From Vulcanimicrobiota bacterium (GTDB taxonomy: Bacteria > Vulcanimicrobiota > Xenobia > Xenobiales > JADMJV01), in contig JBFWNU010000003.1 in the NCBI GenBank assembly GCA_050250895.1, positions 554,842 to 618,841 on the forward strand: 64,000 nt of DNA, in the 5' to 3' direction. The position numbers and the translations under genes are program-made. Under the pieces are notes generated by a model. That model did not search any database and was not told where the DNA came from. It worked only from the letters and a program-made list of their open reading frames with translations. This document shows, in pieces, positions 9,050 to 19,300 of the stretch. Each line of letters begins with the position of its first letter. The stretch's first letter is position 1.

Positions 9050-11446
9050 ATGTCGGGATTTCGCCATATCTTCCGCGGTTGGCTGGCAATTGGCCTCGGC
9101 CTGCTGCTTTTTTCCTCAGGCCAGGCCCAGGAGCGCCTGGGCGACTATCAGGTGGAGTTTTTGGATGCTTCCACTTTTCGCTTTGCCTACAAGGTTCCCC
9201 TGAAGGCCGGCGACTATCTGGACCCGGAGGGCCTGCGCAGTTTCGCTGGTAGCCAGGTCGAGCGCCGGCCCGGGGGGCTGGCGACCTCGGCCTGCCAGCT
9301 GCGACTCGAGGGCTCGGAGCTGATCGTCACCAGTCAAGGCAAAGTGGTTACCCGCTTGCGACCGACCGAGGACGGCGTCTGGCTTTTGCCTGAGGGCCGG
9401 CCCTTCTTGTACGGATTGGGCGAGCAGTTTCCTTACGATCGTTTCGGCCAGTTCGACGGCGATTGGCGCGGTCGTTTGCGGTCCGGTGGTCCCTACGGCA
9501 ACGAGATGCAGTCCTACTATGGAGGAGCTGTCGGCAACGCCCAGTTTCCCGTGCTCTACGCCGTCGACCCCGAGGCTGCCGATTGGATGCTGCTGCTCGA
9601 TAACCCCTACGGGCAGCAGTGGGATTTTCGCCAGCGGCCCTGGCGTGTCCTCAGCCTGGGCGGGCCGTTGCAAGGCGTCCTGTCGGTAGACGAGCTGCCC
9701 GCCTTGCGGCGTCGCCTGATGCAGCTCACCGGTCGCCCTCCGGTGCCGCCCCGCAAAGCCTTTGGACTGTGGGTTTCGGAGTATGGCTTTGACGACTGGG
9801 CCGAGATTGAAGACAAGCTGGCCAGCCTGCGGGCCCACCAGTTTCCTGTCGATGGCTTCGTGCTCGACCTGCAGTGGTTTGGAGGCATCACCACCGATTC
9901 GGGCGATACGGCCATGGGCAAGCTTACCTTCGACCTGACCCATTTCCCCGACCCGGCCGCCACCATCGCCGACTTCGCCCGCCGTCACCTGGGAATCATC
10001 GCCATCGAAGAGGCTTATGTGGGCGAGAATCTAGCCGAGCATCGCGCCCTGGCCGAACGCGGCTATCTGGTGCGGGCGCCCGGTCTGACCGACCAGCCGC
10101 TCTTGATCAACAAGACCCCCTGGTGGGGGGTGGGCGGCATGATCGACTACACCTCGGCGGCGGCCGCCGGTTTCTGGCACGATTGGAAGCGCCAGCCCCT
10201 GGTCGAGATGGGGCTGACCGGCCATTGGACCGATCTGGGCGAGCCCGAGATGTATCTGCATCAGCGCCCGGACGGTAGCACCGAGACCGGCCTCTACGCA
10301 GGCGACCAGCCCGAGGCCGCCGTGCACAATCTCTTTGCCCATCGCTGGGCTCGTAGCATCGCCGAGGGCTACCGTCGCCATCAGGTGACCCGGCGGCCCT
10401 TTATTCTGACCCGCACCGGCGGCCTGGGCATCCAGCGCTTCGGGGCCGCTCTGTGGTCGGGCGACATTCCGACCCATTTTGGCAGTCTCGCCTCGCACTT
10501 CAATGCGGCCATGCACCTGGGATTGTCGGGGATCGACTATTTCGGCTCGGACGTGGGTGGTTTTTACCGGCGCGCCTTCAAAGGCGATCAGGCCCAACTC
10601 GACGATCTCTACACCCAGTGGTTCGCGGCCGCCTGCGCCTTCGATGTGCCCATCCGGCCCCATACCGTCAATCTCGAGAACAATCGCGAAACCGCCCCTG
10701 ACCGTATCGGGGATGTCGCGAGCAACCTCGAGAACCTGCGCGAGCGTTATCGTCTGCTGCCTTACTACTATTCGCTTGCTCACCAGGCCCGGCGCGTGGG
10801 GGACCCGGTCTTTGCCCCCGTCTTCTTCTATGACGCCGTTCCCGAGGGCCAACGCGAGCAGGTCTACACGATGGGCGACGAGCGCTTCATCGGGGCGGAC
10901 ATGTTGGTCAAGCTGGTGGCTTCGTCGGGGGCCAGAACGGCCAGCGTCTATCTGCCTCCGGGAGGCTGGTTCGACTATCACACCGACACCTATCATGCCA
11001 GCCAGGGCACCACCCTCGGTCGCTATCCTCTCTATCGCCAGGGGCGCTTCCAACTGCCCCGATTCGTGCGGGCTGGGGCCATCATTCCCACCGCCGATAT
11101 CGAGGCTCCCGCGCACACCGACGAGGTGGCCCAGGCGCCTCTGCTGGTGAAGGTGTATCAGGGGCCTCCGGACAGCTCTCGCGAGTTCGTGGTCTCTCAC
11201 GACGATGGGGTCACCCTCGACGGCCCCGTCCGCCAAACCACCTTCCGGGCCAGCTACGGTCAGAGGTCGGCCCGATTGCAGGTGACTTCCGCCGGCAGGG
11301 CCGTCAGGGTGGAATTCTTCCCCACGGGGTCGAACAGGTTGTCGGGTGTCACCATCGACGGAGTCTATCAGCCTGCCAGTCAGGGGCCACTGGTGATCCG
11401 CGAGGGCGACCACCGTATCGACTTCGAGTTGGAGCCGTCGCGATGA
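9050..11446 (+). CDS. Glycoside hydrolase family 31 (alpha-glucosidase-like), probably secreted
   Basis: Signal-peptide-like N-terminus from ATG 9050; [18 protein letters not shown] and SDVGGF. Confidence 0.9.
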   Translation: MSGFRHIFRGWLAIGLGLLLFSSGQAQERLGDYQVEFLDASTFRFAYKVPLKAGDYLDPEGLRSFAGSQVERRPGGLATSACQLRLEGSELIVTSQGKVVTRLRPTEDGVWLLPEGRPFLYGLGEQFPYDRFGQFDGDWRGRLRSGGPYGNEMQSYYGGAVGNAQFPVLYAVDPEAADWMLLLDNPYGQQWDFRQRPWRVLSLGGPLQGVLSVDELPALRRRLMQLTGRPPVPPRKAFGLWVSEYGFDDWAEIEDKLASLRAHQFPVDGFVLDLQWFGGITTDSGDTAMGKLTFDLTHFPDPAATIADFARRHLGIIAIEEAYVGENLAEHRALAERGYLVRAPGLTDQPLLINKTPWWGVGGMIDYTSAAAAGFWHDWKRQPLVEMGLTGHWTDLGEPEMYLHQRPDGSTETGLYAGDQPEAAVHNLFAHRWARSIAEGYRRHQVTRRPFILTRTGGLGIQRFGAALWSGDIPTHFGSLASHFNAAMHLGLSGIDYFGSDVGGFYRRAFKGDQAQLDDLYTQWFAAACAFDVPIRPHTVNLENNRETAPDRIGDVASNLENLRERYRLLPYYYSLAHQARRVGDPVFAPVFFYDAVPEGQREQVYTMGDERFIGADMLVKLVASSGARTASVYLPPGGWFDYHTDTYHASQGTTLGRYPLYRQGRFQLPRFVRAGAIIPTADIEAPAHTDEVAQAPLLVKVYQGPPDSSREFVVSHDDGVTLDGPVRQTTFRASYGQRSARLQVTSAGRAVRVEFFPTGSNRLSGVTIDGVYQPASQGPLVIREGDHRIDFELEPSR

Positions 11447-11841
11447 ATCGTCGGAGGGGATCCTCCACCATCGAGTTTTTGCTGGCCGTGGCTATCGTGG
11501 CCCTCTATGGCCTGGGACTGCTCGGTGTGGCCGGTCGGGCGGCCATGGCCGAAGAAGACGGACGCTTGCTGTCGGTGGCCGAACAGATGGCCCGCACCCA
11601 GATCGAGAAAGCCGTCTGGGAGGCCAACCAGCCGGGCGGCTTTCAAGCGGTGGATAATGTCGGTTTCACGTATCTCGACTCGGGCAAGCGACTGATCTAT
11701 TCTCGCCAGGTGACCGAGGTCGACAACCGTCTAAAGCAGATCAAAATTCGCGTCTTTCGCAGCCAGACTTCGTCCAGCCGGCCACTACCTCAGAATGAAG
11801 AACCGATCTTTCAGATCGCTACGCTGGTGGGTGGGCCTTGA
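11443..11841 (+). CDS. Type IV pilin/pseudopilin-like protein
   Basis: Class III signal-like RRRG-SSTIEFLLAVAIV. Confidence 0.7.
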   Translation: MNRRRGSSTIEFLLAVAIVALYGLGLLGVAGRAAMAEEDGRLLSVAEQMARTQIEKAVWEANQPGGFQAVDNVGFTYLDSGKRLIYSRQVTEVDNRLKQIKIRVFRSQTSSSRPLPQNEEPIFQIATLVGGP

Positions 11842-12374
11842 GCAGGCGGGCTTATAGCCTGGCCCCGGCGGTCATCATCGGGCTGCTCTTGATGGTCGTC
11901 ACCTACGTGGCCTTCAAAAGCTGGCGCAACCTTAGCCAGGAAGGCCGTGAGGTGGTACTGCATCGGCGTCAAAGCCAGGTACTGCTGGCTGACCTGGGCA
12001 ACCAGCTGGTTGGCGGCTCGCATTGTTACTATGGCTACAAGGGCAAGTTCGGAGAGCGCGACTACCAGGTGGGCGGGCTCGGGGCCAGGGGCTCCCAGGC
12101 GCTGGTGGCGGTACCCGAGCCAGACGGACAGTACACCATCATCGGGGTTCAAACCCAGGACAACCAGGTGGTGGTGGCCCGCACTGAAGGGGTCGAGGCC
12201 CAGGACCCGGCCGCTATCGATCTCGCTGCCCTCAAAGCCAAGGAGAAGACCTATCAGACGGGCAGTATCGACCTGCAGGTGCGCAGTCTGGGCAGGGGCG
12301 AGGCCCTTCTACTCGAGATTCCCGACCCCCGGGAGACCCTCAAAGCTCTGATCTGGCTGAGGAACGTCCAGTGA
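11838..12374 (+). CDS. Degenerate pilin-like protein
   Basis: RRA-YSLAPAVIIGLLL N-terminus; translationally coupled on both sides. Confidence 0.55.
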   Translation: MSRRAYSLAPAVIIGLLLMVVTYVAFKSWRNLSQEGREVVLHRRQSQVLLADLGNQLVGGSHCYYGYKGKFGERDYQVGGLGARGSQALVAVPEPDGQYTIIGVQTQDNQVVVARTEGVEAQDPAAIDLAALKAKEKTYQTGSIDLQVRSLGRGEALLLEIPDPRETLKALIWLRNVQ

Positions 12375-14026
12375 GACGACGACCCCGAGGCTTTCTTTTG
12401 ATCCTGGTGATCGCACTCTTGCCGGGGATTCTCTTTCTGGCCTACGTCATCAATCGCTCGCTGGCCCAGGAGACGGTCACCGCCCAGCAAGAACTGGCCC
12501 GGACCCGCGCCTTCTACCTGGCCGAAGCGGGTCTGGAGGTGGGCTTTCGGGCCCTGGCGGCCGAGAACTTTCGGGCCGCAACGTTGGCCCCGGACGGCTA
12601 CCACCTGGCCGATTCGGACCTGCGCGAACTGGCCTGGACAAACCGCGTCGAGAGCCGTTTCCCTCTCCGTTTCGACAAGCGGAGCGGATACTATTACTGG
12701 GTCTCGGACCCGGATTCTCCGCAGTCTTCCATGAACGGGTCGCAGGTGCCCGAGTCTTTTCGATTCGCCATCTTCTTCCCTGACGAAACCCACTATGTCA
12801 TCCGCTCCGAGGGCACCTTCGCCCACCTGACGGCGGCCCAGGAGCTGCGAGGCAGTCTCGCCCCGGTGACCGATTTCGCCGTCTTTGATGCCGGCGATCT
12901 GAGTGATTTCGTACTCGACGCGGATCAGTCCATCAAAGGCCGCGTCCACGCCAACGGAGACCTCTATCTCAGGCCGGGCCAGAAGAGCCTGACCATCGAC
13001 GGCTCGCTTGCGGCCGGTGGCCGATTGGTGCGTTTTCGCGATGCCTGGCAGCGGCCCGACGCGGGGGGAACGGTCAAGGTCGGCGGGCAGGTGATGGCCG
13101 GCAAGAGCCAGTCGGCCCCAGGCAAAGGCAAGGCCTTCGACTCGTTCCATCCAAAGTTCACGGCCGAGGCAGAAAAGCGCTTCAAAGGAGCGGTCAGGGA
13201 CGGGGTCGGGCGGTTGTATCCTCCCGACCCGTCGGCCTTCGGGCCGGGCGGCTTCTATGCTCGCCAGGCAGGGCTGACCATCGACCCCGAGGCCGAGACC
13301 AAGGGCGTCACTTCGGCCAGCTTCTACAACCCCGCCGAAGAGCACGAGGTCAAGTGTCGCGACCTGGACCTGACCGCTCTCGAGCTGCCCGAGAACGGCC
13401 TCATCTATAGCCCCGTTCCGGTGCGCCTGCGCGCAGGCCAAAAGCTGTCGGCCCCGCTGACCGTGGTGGCGCCCACCATCTACACGCTGGGGTCCTTCAA
13501 TCGAGACAAGCCGGTGCCGGCCGCCCTCATCGCCCGTGATCGGGTCTATCACCTGAGTTCCAAGTTCGCCGACCTCAAACAGGGCAGCAAGGCCCCGGCC
13601 CGGGCCAAAGAGGCCGGCAACGCCCTAGCCATCCACTCCCTGGTGGTCGACGGTGTGCCCACCGTGGATGAACTTAAGTTCGTTGGCTCCTACAACGGCC
13701 AGGCTGCCCCCCCGGTCAAAGCTAACGTGCGGGCCAATTCGCAGGACTTTCTCGAGGACGTGAGCGGCCTCCAGGTGGTGCGGCGGGGCACGGTGGCCCA
13801 CTTTCAGGGAGCCCGCATGGCCGACTTCAAGAATTCGGATCTCGACGAGGGTAAAGCGGCCTGGGTAATGCGCACCTTTGCCAACTATAGCAAACTAGAC
13901 TACGGCTACGATGCCGCCTTCGCCGAAAACCCGCCGCCCTTCGTGCCCCGGCTGGCCAGCCGCGACCGCTGGTTTGACCTGGGCCTGCGCCAGACCGGCT
14001 ACAACTACAAAGGCCGCAAGCGCTAG
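12371..14026 (+). CDS. PilX-like minor pilin
   Basis: RPRG-FLLILVIALL without Glu5; AFYLAEAG, GRVHANGDL and C-terminal YGYD...PPF. Confidence 0.75.
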   Translation: MRRRPRGFLLILVIALLPGILFLAYVINRSLAQETVTAQQELARTRAFYLAEAGLEVGFRALAAENFRAATLAPDGYHLADSDLRELAWTNRVESRFPLRFDKRSGYYYWVSDPDSPQSSMNGSQVPESFRFAIFFPDETHYVIRSEGTFAHLTAAQELRGSLAPVTDFAVFDAGDLSDFVLDADQSIKGRVHANGDLYLRPGQKSLTIDGSLAAGGRLVRFRDAWQRPDAGGTVKVGGQVMAGKSQSAPGKGKAFDSFHPKFTAEAEKRFKGAVRDGVGRLYPPDPSAFGPGGFYARQAGLTIDPEAETKGVTSASFYNPAEEHEVKCRDLDLTALELPENGLIYSPVPVRLRAGQKLSAPLTVVAPTIYTLGSFNRDKPVPAALIARDRVYHLSSKFADLKQGSKAPARAKEAGNALAIHSLVVDGVPTVDELKFVGSYNGQAAPPVKANVRANSQDFLEDVSGLQVVRRGTVAHFQGARMADFKNSDLDEGKAAWVMRTFANYSKLDYGYDAAFAENPPPFVPRLASRDRWFDLGLRQTGYNYKGRKR

Positions 14027-15498
14027 ACCTCGACCACCACGCCCTGGCTCTCGACGCCCTGGCGGCTGGCGGCAGCGATGGCCCAACGGCCCGGACCCAG
14101 CTCCAAGCTAGAGTTTTCGCCCGGCTCGATGCGATCGAGTTTCCAACCGTCGCCGTCCTGGCGATAGACGGTCCAGGCCCGCAGGGCCTGCTGGTCGCGA
14201 TTGCGCAGCTCGATTTTGCCCTGGCTCTGGCTCACCTCCGGGTGGGCCATCGTCTGGGCGCGCGCTTTCGCCATGACCGGGGTCAAAGCCGGCTCGGCGT
14301 AGAGCTCGTTGCGGAAGGTATCCGCAATGCCCTGGCGGTTCTCCATCAGGGGGGCGATGTTGTACCAGATGTTGCCCTGGCAGCCTGCCTCATGCTTGGC
14401 TCGAGAAAGGGCCACCTGCTGGCGAAACTCGTCGGGGGTCCAACGCCGGCCGCTGCCTAGCGCCGAAAGGTTGTTGCCGGCGAAGATGTAGCGCCCGCCG
14501 CTGGTGTGGTCGGCCCACCAATTGACCAGCGGCTCATAGGCCTGCGCTGTCTGGGTGGTTGGCCAGTAGAGTTGGGGAGCCAAATAGTCGACCCAGCCTT
14601 CATCCATCCAGTGCTGGGTGTCGGCATAGAGCTTCTCATACTGGTCAAAGCCCCGGATGCCTTCGGGCCGGTCGGGAGCCGGCAGCCCGAACGGAGAGAT
14701 GCCGAAACGAACGTTGGGATTGACCTCGGTCACCGCCTGGTTGACTCTCTGGATGGCCTCGTTGACGTTCTGGCGACGCCAGTCAGCCCTGGATAGGGTG
14801 CCCCCACCCCGGCGATACTCGTTCCAGGTGCGGCTGTCGGGAAAGTCAACGTTGGTAGGGTACGGATAAAAATAGTCGTCAAAGTGGATGCCGTCGATGT
14901 TGTAGCGGCCGGCCAGGTCCTTGCAGACATCGACCAGGCGCTGCTTGACCACCTCGGCCCCGGGGTCCATCCATTTGTAGCTGTCGTAGCGGTGGACATG
15001 CTCGGGATGGTCGACGGCCAGATGCGGCGAGACCTGGCGACGGGCCGCCGCCTGAGCCCGATAAGGGTTGAGCCAGGCATGCACCTCGAGGTTGCGCTGG
15101 TGGGCTTCTTCGACCAGGAAGGCGAGCGGATCGTAGCCCGGGTCCATGCCCTGGACCCCCGTCAACGAACTGCTCCACGGCTCGAGATCCGAGCGATAGA
15201 GTGCATCACCTTCGGGTCGGACCTGGAAGAAGATTGAATTGAAGCCCGAGTCTTTCAGGCGGTCGAGCATAGCCACCAATTCACGCTTTTGGGCGGCCGC
15301 GCCGCTGCCGGCGTGACCGGGAAAGTTGATGTTCCAGACGGTGGCCACCCAGGCTCCGCGCAACTCGCGAGTGTGGTTCACGTTGACCAATTGGGGCTGG
15401 CTCAACTCTACCCGGTCGGCAGGCTGGGCAGACCCGGCCTGGGGGCGCGGTCGATGCAGTGGCTTTGGCGTGCTAGGCAGAGCCGGACGGATCCTCAT
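14023..15498 (-). CDS. Glycoside hydrolase, GHL10/DUF187 (YddW/DigH-like)
   Basis: ELRGAWVATVWNINFP, FQVRPEGDALY, HAWLNPYR, DGIHFDDYFYPY, DYLAPQLYW. Confidence 0.92.
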   Translation of the reverse strand: MRIRPALPSTPKPLHRPRPQAGSAQPADRVELSQPQLVNVNHTRELRGAWVATVWNINFPGHAGSGAAAQKRELVAMLDRLKDSGFNSIFFQVRPEGDALYRSDLEPWSSSLTGVQGMDPGYDPLAFLVEEAHQRNLEVHAWLNPYRAQAAARRQVSPHLAVDHPEHVHRYDSYKWMDPGAEVVKQRLVDVCKDLAGRYNIDGIHFDDYFYPYPTNVDFPDSRTWNEYRRGGGTLSRADWRRQNVNEAIQRVNQAVTEVNPNVRFGISPFGLPAPDRPEGIRGFDQYEKLYADTQHWMDEGWVDYLAPQLYWPTTQTAQAYEPLVNWWADHTSGGRYIFAGNNLSALGSGRRWTPDEFRQQVALSRAKHEAGCQGNIWYNIAPLMENRQGIADTFRNELYAEPALTPVMAKARAQTMAHPEVSQSQGKIELRNRDQQALRAWTVYRQDGDGWKLDRIEPGENSSLELGPGRWAIAAASRQGVESQGVVVEV

Positions 15499-15582
15499 GG
15501 CTGAACTTTATCTCGGCGGAAATTCCATGGCTTTGCCGGGTTGTTAAAAGGTGAGTGGGGTGCGTCGGCGGAAAGCCTGCCG

Positions 15583-15819
15583 ATGCAGAAGTGTCCCAAG
15601 TGCGACCACAAGATGGAACCCGGTTTCGTCATCGATTTCAGCCGCACCGCAGTGCGCCAGTCGGTGTGGCACCCGGGCAACCCGACCCCGGCCGAAGACA
15701 AGGTGTTCGGCATCAACCTGGCTCCCGAGGATGCCATCGAGTTTGATGCCGAGGCCTGCAAGCCGGTGGTGACCTGGCGCTGTCTCGAATGCGGCTACCT
15801 GGAGTTTTACGGCTACTGA
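15583..15819 (+). CDS. Small zinc-ribbon protein (CxxC...CxxC)
   Basis: MQKCPKCDHKMEPGF...WRCLECGYLEFY. Confidence 0.75.
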   Translation: MQKCPKCDHKMEPGFVIDFSRTAVRQSVWHPGNPTPAEDKVFGINLAPEDAIEFDAEACKPVVTWRCLECGYLEFYGY

Positions 15820-15820
15820 C

Positions 15821-16273
15821 ATGAGACGGCTGCCCATCGACCTCGACGAGGTCGCCGAAGCGCTCACCTGCCACGTCGTCGACTTCACCTGGTATCTCGA
15901 TACCGACACGGGGCGGGTCTTCTTGCTCGACAACCTGACCCTCGAGGCGGTGGAAGAGGGTGACATCGACGACCTGCCCGACGAGGATCTGGGCATCGCC
16001 CGCAGCATCCTATCCGGCGAGCCCCGCTACCTGCCGGTAGACGAGCCTGGCTGGGACCCCTACCAGATCATGGACGAGTTCATCGGAACGGTCGATGATT
16101 TCGAGCTGGTCGATAGCCTCAATGAAGCCATCGCCTCGCCCCAGGCCTTTCGCGAGTTGCTCGAGGAGTATCCCAAGTGGCACAAGCGTTGGGAAGAGTT
16201 CGAAGAGCAACGCAGCCTCGAGATCGCTCGCGAATGGCTTCGCCAGCACGATATCGAGCCGCTTTCGCTCTAG
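15821..16273 (+). CDS. UPF0158 family protein
   Basis: WYLDTDTGRV, YQIMDEFI, AFRELL and AREWL; acidic composition. Confidence 0.8.
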   Translation: MRRLPIDLDEVAEALTCHVVDFTWYLDTDTGRVFLLDNLTLEAVEEGDIDDLPDEDLGIARSILSGEPRYLPVDEPGWDPYQIMDEFIGTVDDFELVDSLNEAIASPQAFRELLEEYPKWHKRWEEFEEQRSLEIAREWLRQHDIEPLSL

Positions 16274-16584
16274 CTCCAGTGGCGAGCCTGGTTGGCCTCT
16301 TCCTTGGCGCGCAAGGCCGCCTCCAGATCGACGCCGAAGCGATTGGCCAGGTCGAGCAGGTAACTCAGTACGTCGGCCATCTCCTCGGCCAGGCCCGAAT
16401 TGGCCGGTCGAGCCGACTCGGCGAACAGGCCACGCTCGTTGCGAATGGCCTTGGCCAGTTCACCGACTTCTTCGCTAAACAGCAAGAAAGTTTCGAGGTC
16501 GTCGGCCTGGTCCCAGCCGCGGGCCCGGCAGACCTCGGCCATGTAGGCCTGCAGGGTGGGTAGATCGGCTCCATCAGCAAACAC
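16270..16584 (-). CDS. MazG-like nucleotide pyrophosphohydrolase
   Basis: EEVGELAKAIR...EEMADVL. Confidence 0.85.
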   Translation of the reverse strand: MFADGADLPTLQAYMAEVCRARGWDQADDLETFLLFSEEVGELAKAIRNERGLFAESARPANSGLAEEMADVLSYLLDLANRFGVDLEAALRAKEEANQARHWS

Positions 16585-16631
16585 GAGGCCACCTTCTTGA
16601 AATCGAGGGCGCGATCCTATACAGTCCCCGC

Positions 16632-18287
16632 ATGCGAAAACTGTCGATTCTTCTTCTGCTCATGTTCTGCTCGGGCACGGTTCTGGCCGACCCGACGGCC
16701 GATTTTATCCAACTGCGTGACGCCTATCTCGAGAAGGTCAAGCCCCTCGAACGAGAGGCCAACGACGCCTGGTGGCAAGCCAGCACTACCGGCTCGGAAG
16801 AGGCCTACGCCCGCCGCACCAAAGCCGACAACGCCCTGGCCGCCCTGCAGAGCGACCGCGAGGTGTTCGCCAAGCTCAAGGCCCTCAAAGCCCAGGGCCT
16901 GCCCGACCCCGGTCTTCAGCGGCAGTTGACCATGATGTATCTGGCCTTCTTGCCCAAGCAGGCCGACCCCGAACTCAATCGGCAGATCAATGCCCTCGAG
17001 GCCGACGTGGAGAAGATCTTCAACACCCACCGATCCGAGGTCAACGGCCAGCGCCTGACCGAGAACGACGTGCGCAAGATTTTGCACGAGACCAGCGACA
17101 CCAACGAGGCCAAAGCCGCCTGGACCGGCTACATGGAAGTCGGCAGTAAGGTGGAACCCAAGCTCAAAGAGCTGGTCAAATTGCGCAACCAGGTGGCCCA
17201 GAGGCTGGGTTTCGAGAACTACTTCCAGCTCAAGCTGGCCCAGCAGGAATTAAGCCAGGACGAGCTGTTTGCCATCTTCGACGAACTCGACGAGTTGACC
17301 CGAGGCCCCTTCGGTGAACTCAAAGCCGAGATCGACGCCCACATGATGAAGCGGTTCTCGCTGACCAGGGACCAGTTGCGTCCCTGGCACACCGACGACC
17401 TGTTCTTTCAAGAAGCTCCTCACCTGGCCACCGTCAACCTCGATCAGATCTACGAGGGTCGCGACCCGGTGAAGCTCTCTGAGCAGCACTACGAGAGCAT
17501 GGGGATGAGGGTCGAAGCGATCATCGCCCGCAGCGATCTCTACGAGAAGGAAGACAAGAGCCCTCACGCTTTCTGCACCAACATCGACCGGGGCCAGGAC
17601 ATTCGCGTGCTGTGCAACGTCAAACCCAACGCCAACTGGATGGACACCATGCATCACGAGCTGGGGCACGGTGTTTATGACCAGTACATCGGCAAAGACG
17701 TACCCTTTTTGCTACACGAGCCGGCCCACATCCTGACCACCGAGGGAATGGCCATGCTATTCGGGGCCCTGACCAAGAATCCCGAGTTTATCAAAGACGT
17801 TGTGGGTGTCGACGACCCGGCTCTGTTGGCCGAGTCGCAGCGCAGCCTGCGGGCCGAGAAGCTGATCTTCTCTCGCTGGACCCAGGTGATGCTTCGCTTC
17901 GAGCGCGGCATGTACGAAAATCCCGACCAGGACCTCAACGCCCTGTGGTGGTCGCTCAAGAAGCAATATCAGAACCTCAATCCGCCCGACGACCTGAGCG
18001 GTGCCGACTATGGAGCCAAGCTGCACATCGTGGGAGCGCCTTGCTATTACCACAACTACATGCTGGGCGAACTGTTCGCTTCTCAGGTGCGGGCCTACGC
18101 GGCCAAGAAGTATCTGGGTCTGGACAATCCCCTCAAAACCAGCTTCTATGGGAATAAAGAGGCGGGAGAGTACTTCCGCGATCAGATCTTCGCTCCCGGC
18201 AACACCTATGATTGGCGCGAGTTGACCAAACGGGCTACGGGCGAGCCGCTAACGGCTCGTTACTACGCCAAGCTCTACGTCAAGTAG
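16632..18287 (+). CDS. Secreted zinc metallopeptidase (M2/M3 type, peptidyl-dipeptidase-like)
   Basis: Signal peptide; HHELGH, TTEG, KLHI and YYHNY. Confidence 0.88.
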   Translation: MRKLSILLLLMFCSGTVLADPTADFIQLRDAYLEKVKPLEREANDAWWQASTTGSEEAYARRTKADNALAALQSDREVFAKLKALKAQGLPDPGLQRQLTMMYLAFLPKQADPELNRQINALEADVEKIFNTHRSEVNGQRLTENDVRKILHETSDTNEAKAAWTGYMEVGSKVEPKLKELVKLRNQVAQRLGFENYFQLKLAQQELSQDELFAIFDELDELTRGPFGELKAEIDAHMMKRFSLTRDQLRPWHTDDLFFQEAPHLATVNLDQIYEGRDPVKLSEQHYESMGMRVEAIIARSDLYEKEDKSPHAFCTNIDRGQDIRVLCNVKPNANWMDTMHHELGHGVYDQYIGKDVPFLLHEPAHILTTEGMAMLFGALTKNPEFIKDVVGVDDPALLAESQRSLRAEKLIFSRWTQVMLRFERGMYENPDQDLNALWWSLKKQYQNLNPPDDLSGADYGAKLHIVGAPCYYHNYMLGELFASQVRAYAAKKYLGLDNPLKTSFYGNKEAGEYFRDQIFAPGNTYDWRELTKRATGEPLTARYYAKLYVK

Positions 18288-19134
18288 ACTCTTCCAGCCG
18301 ACGGAGCCTCTCCTCCAGGGCCGCCGCGTGCTCGCGGGCGGCCCTTGCTTCGGCCTGGGCCTTTTCGGCTTCGGCCTGGGCCTTTTCGGCTTCGGCCTGG
18401 GCCTTTTCGGCTTCGGCCTGGGCCTTTTCGGCTTCGGCCTGAGCCTTTTCGGCTTCGGCCTGAGCCTTCTCGGCCAGGGCCTGGCTTTGGGCCGCCCGTT
18501 CGGCTCCTGTCAGGAGGAGGTTGCCTTGCTCGTCGCACCACCGCAGCCAGGTCGCCTGGTAGCCTTCGTACTCTCCCTCCCAGGTCGTAAGACCGAGCAG
18601 GGCATCGGGAAGCCATCCCGGCGTCAAGAGGTCGATGTAGCTTCTGCCATTAAGCTGGTAAGCGCGCAGAGCACGACTGCCGTAGCGTTTGAGGGGGTCA
18701 TAGATGATGTAGTATCCGATGCCCTGTTCACCGTAGGTTTTGAACTTGCGTTCGGTTTCTCCGCCTTTGGTGTTGGAGACGATTTCGATGACGATGTCTG
18801 GCGGCTTACCATAGACCCACGTCATGTAAGCTCGGTTGCCCTTCTCCCAAATGTCTGCAGGGAGGCTCACGTCCAAACTGACCATGACATCCGGTACCAG
18901 TGCGGGATTCTTCGGCACGAAGAAGAGGCCGACGTTGGCAAAGGCCACAAACGGCCGTCCCTGCCGCATCTCGTCGCTCCAGGACTCATATAACGACCCC
19001 GCCAGCAGCCGTTGCTGCTTTTCGGAGAAAGGGTTATCCATCGGCTCGTCGTCCTCGGTGATGAGGTGCGAGATATCGGGGACGGGTGGATAGTCGTCCT
19101 GAATGGCTGGGTCCACGGCGGGCTCCTTCGGCAT
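18280..19134 (-). CDS. Uma2 (DUF820) family endonuclease with coiled-coil tail
   Basis: PDVMV, GKPPDIVIEIVS, YYIIYDP, WLRWCD; AEKAQAE repeats. Confidence 0.9.
   Translation of the reverse strand: MPKEPAVDPAIQDDYPPVPDISHLITEDDEPMDNPFSEKQQRLLAGSLYESWSDEMRQGRPFVAFANVGLFFVPKNPALVPDVMVSLDVSLPADIWEKGNRAYMTWVYGKPPDIVIEIVSNTKGGETERKFKTYGEQGIGYYIIYDPLKRYGSRALRAYQLNGRSYIDLLTPGWLPDALLGLTTWEGEYEGYQATWLRWCDEQGNLLLTGAERAAQSQALAEKAQAEAEKAQAEAEKAQAEAEKAQAEAEKAQAEAEKAQAEARAAREHAAALEERLRRLEEST
18347..18472. repeat. In-frame 21-bp tandem repeat x6 (encodes AEKAQAE heptads)
   Basis: Unit GCTTCGGCCTGRGCCTTYTCG at 18347, 18368, 18389, 18410, 18431 and 18452. Confidence 0.95.
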
Positions 19135-19300
19135 CTTTCGAGTATATCACGATGCCGGCGATGCCGGCAGAGGGGAGCCACGCTGCGCGTGGGGAGGGGA
19201 GCGGAGCAAGCTCCGGGATGGGAGCGAAGCTCGCCTTCGGCTCGCTTCGAGAGGGATTTGGCGGCCCTCGGCGGGGCCATCAACGTGGCCCGCAGTCGGT

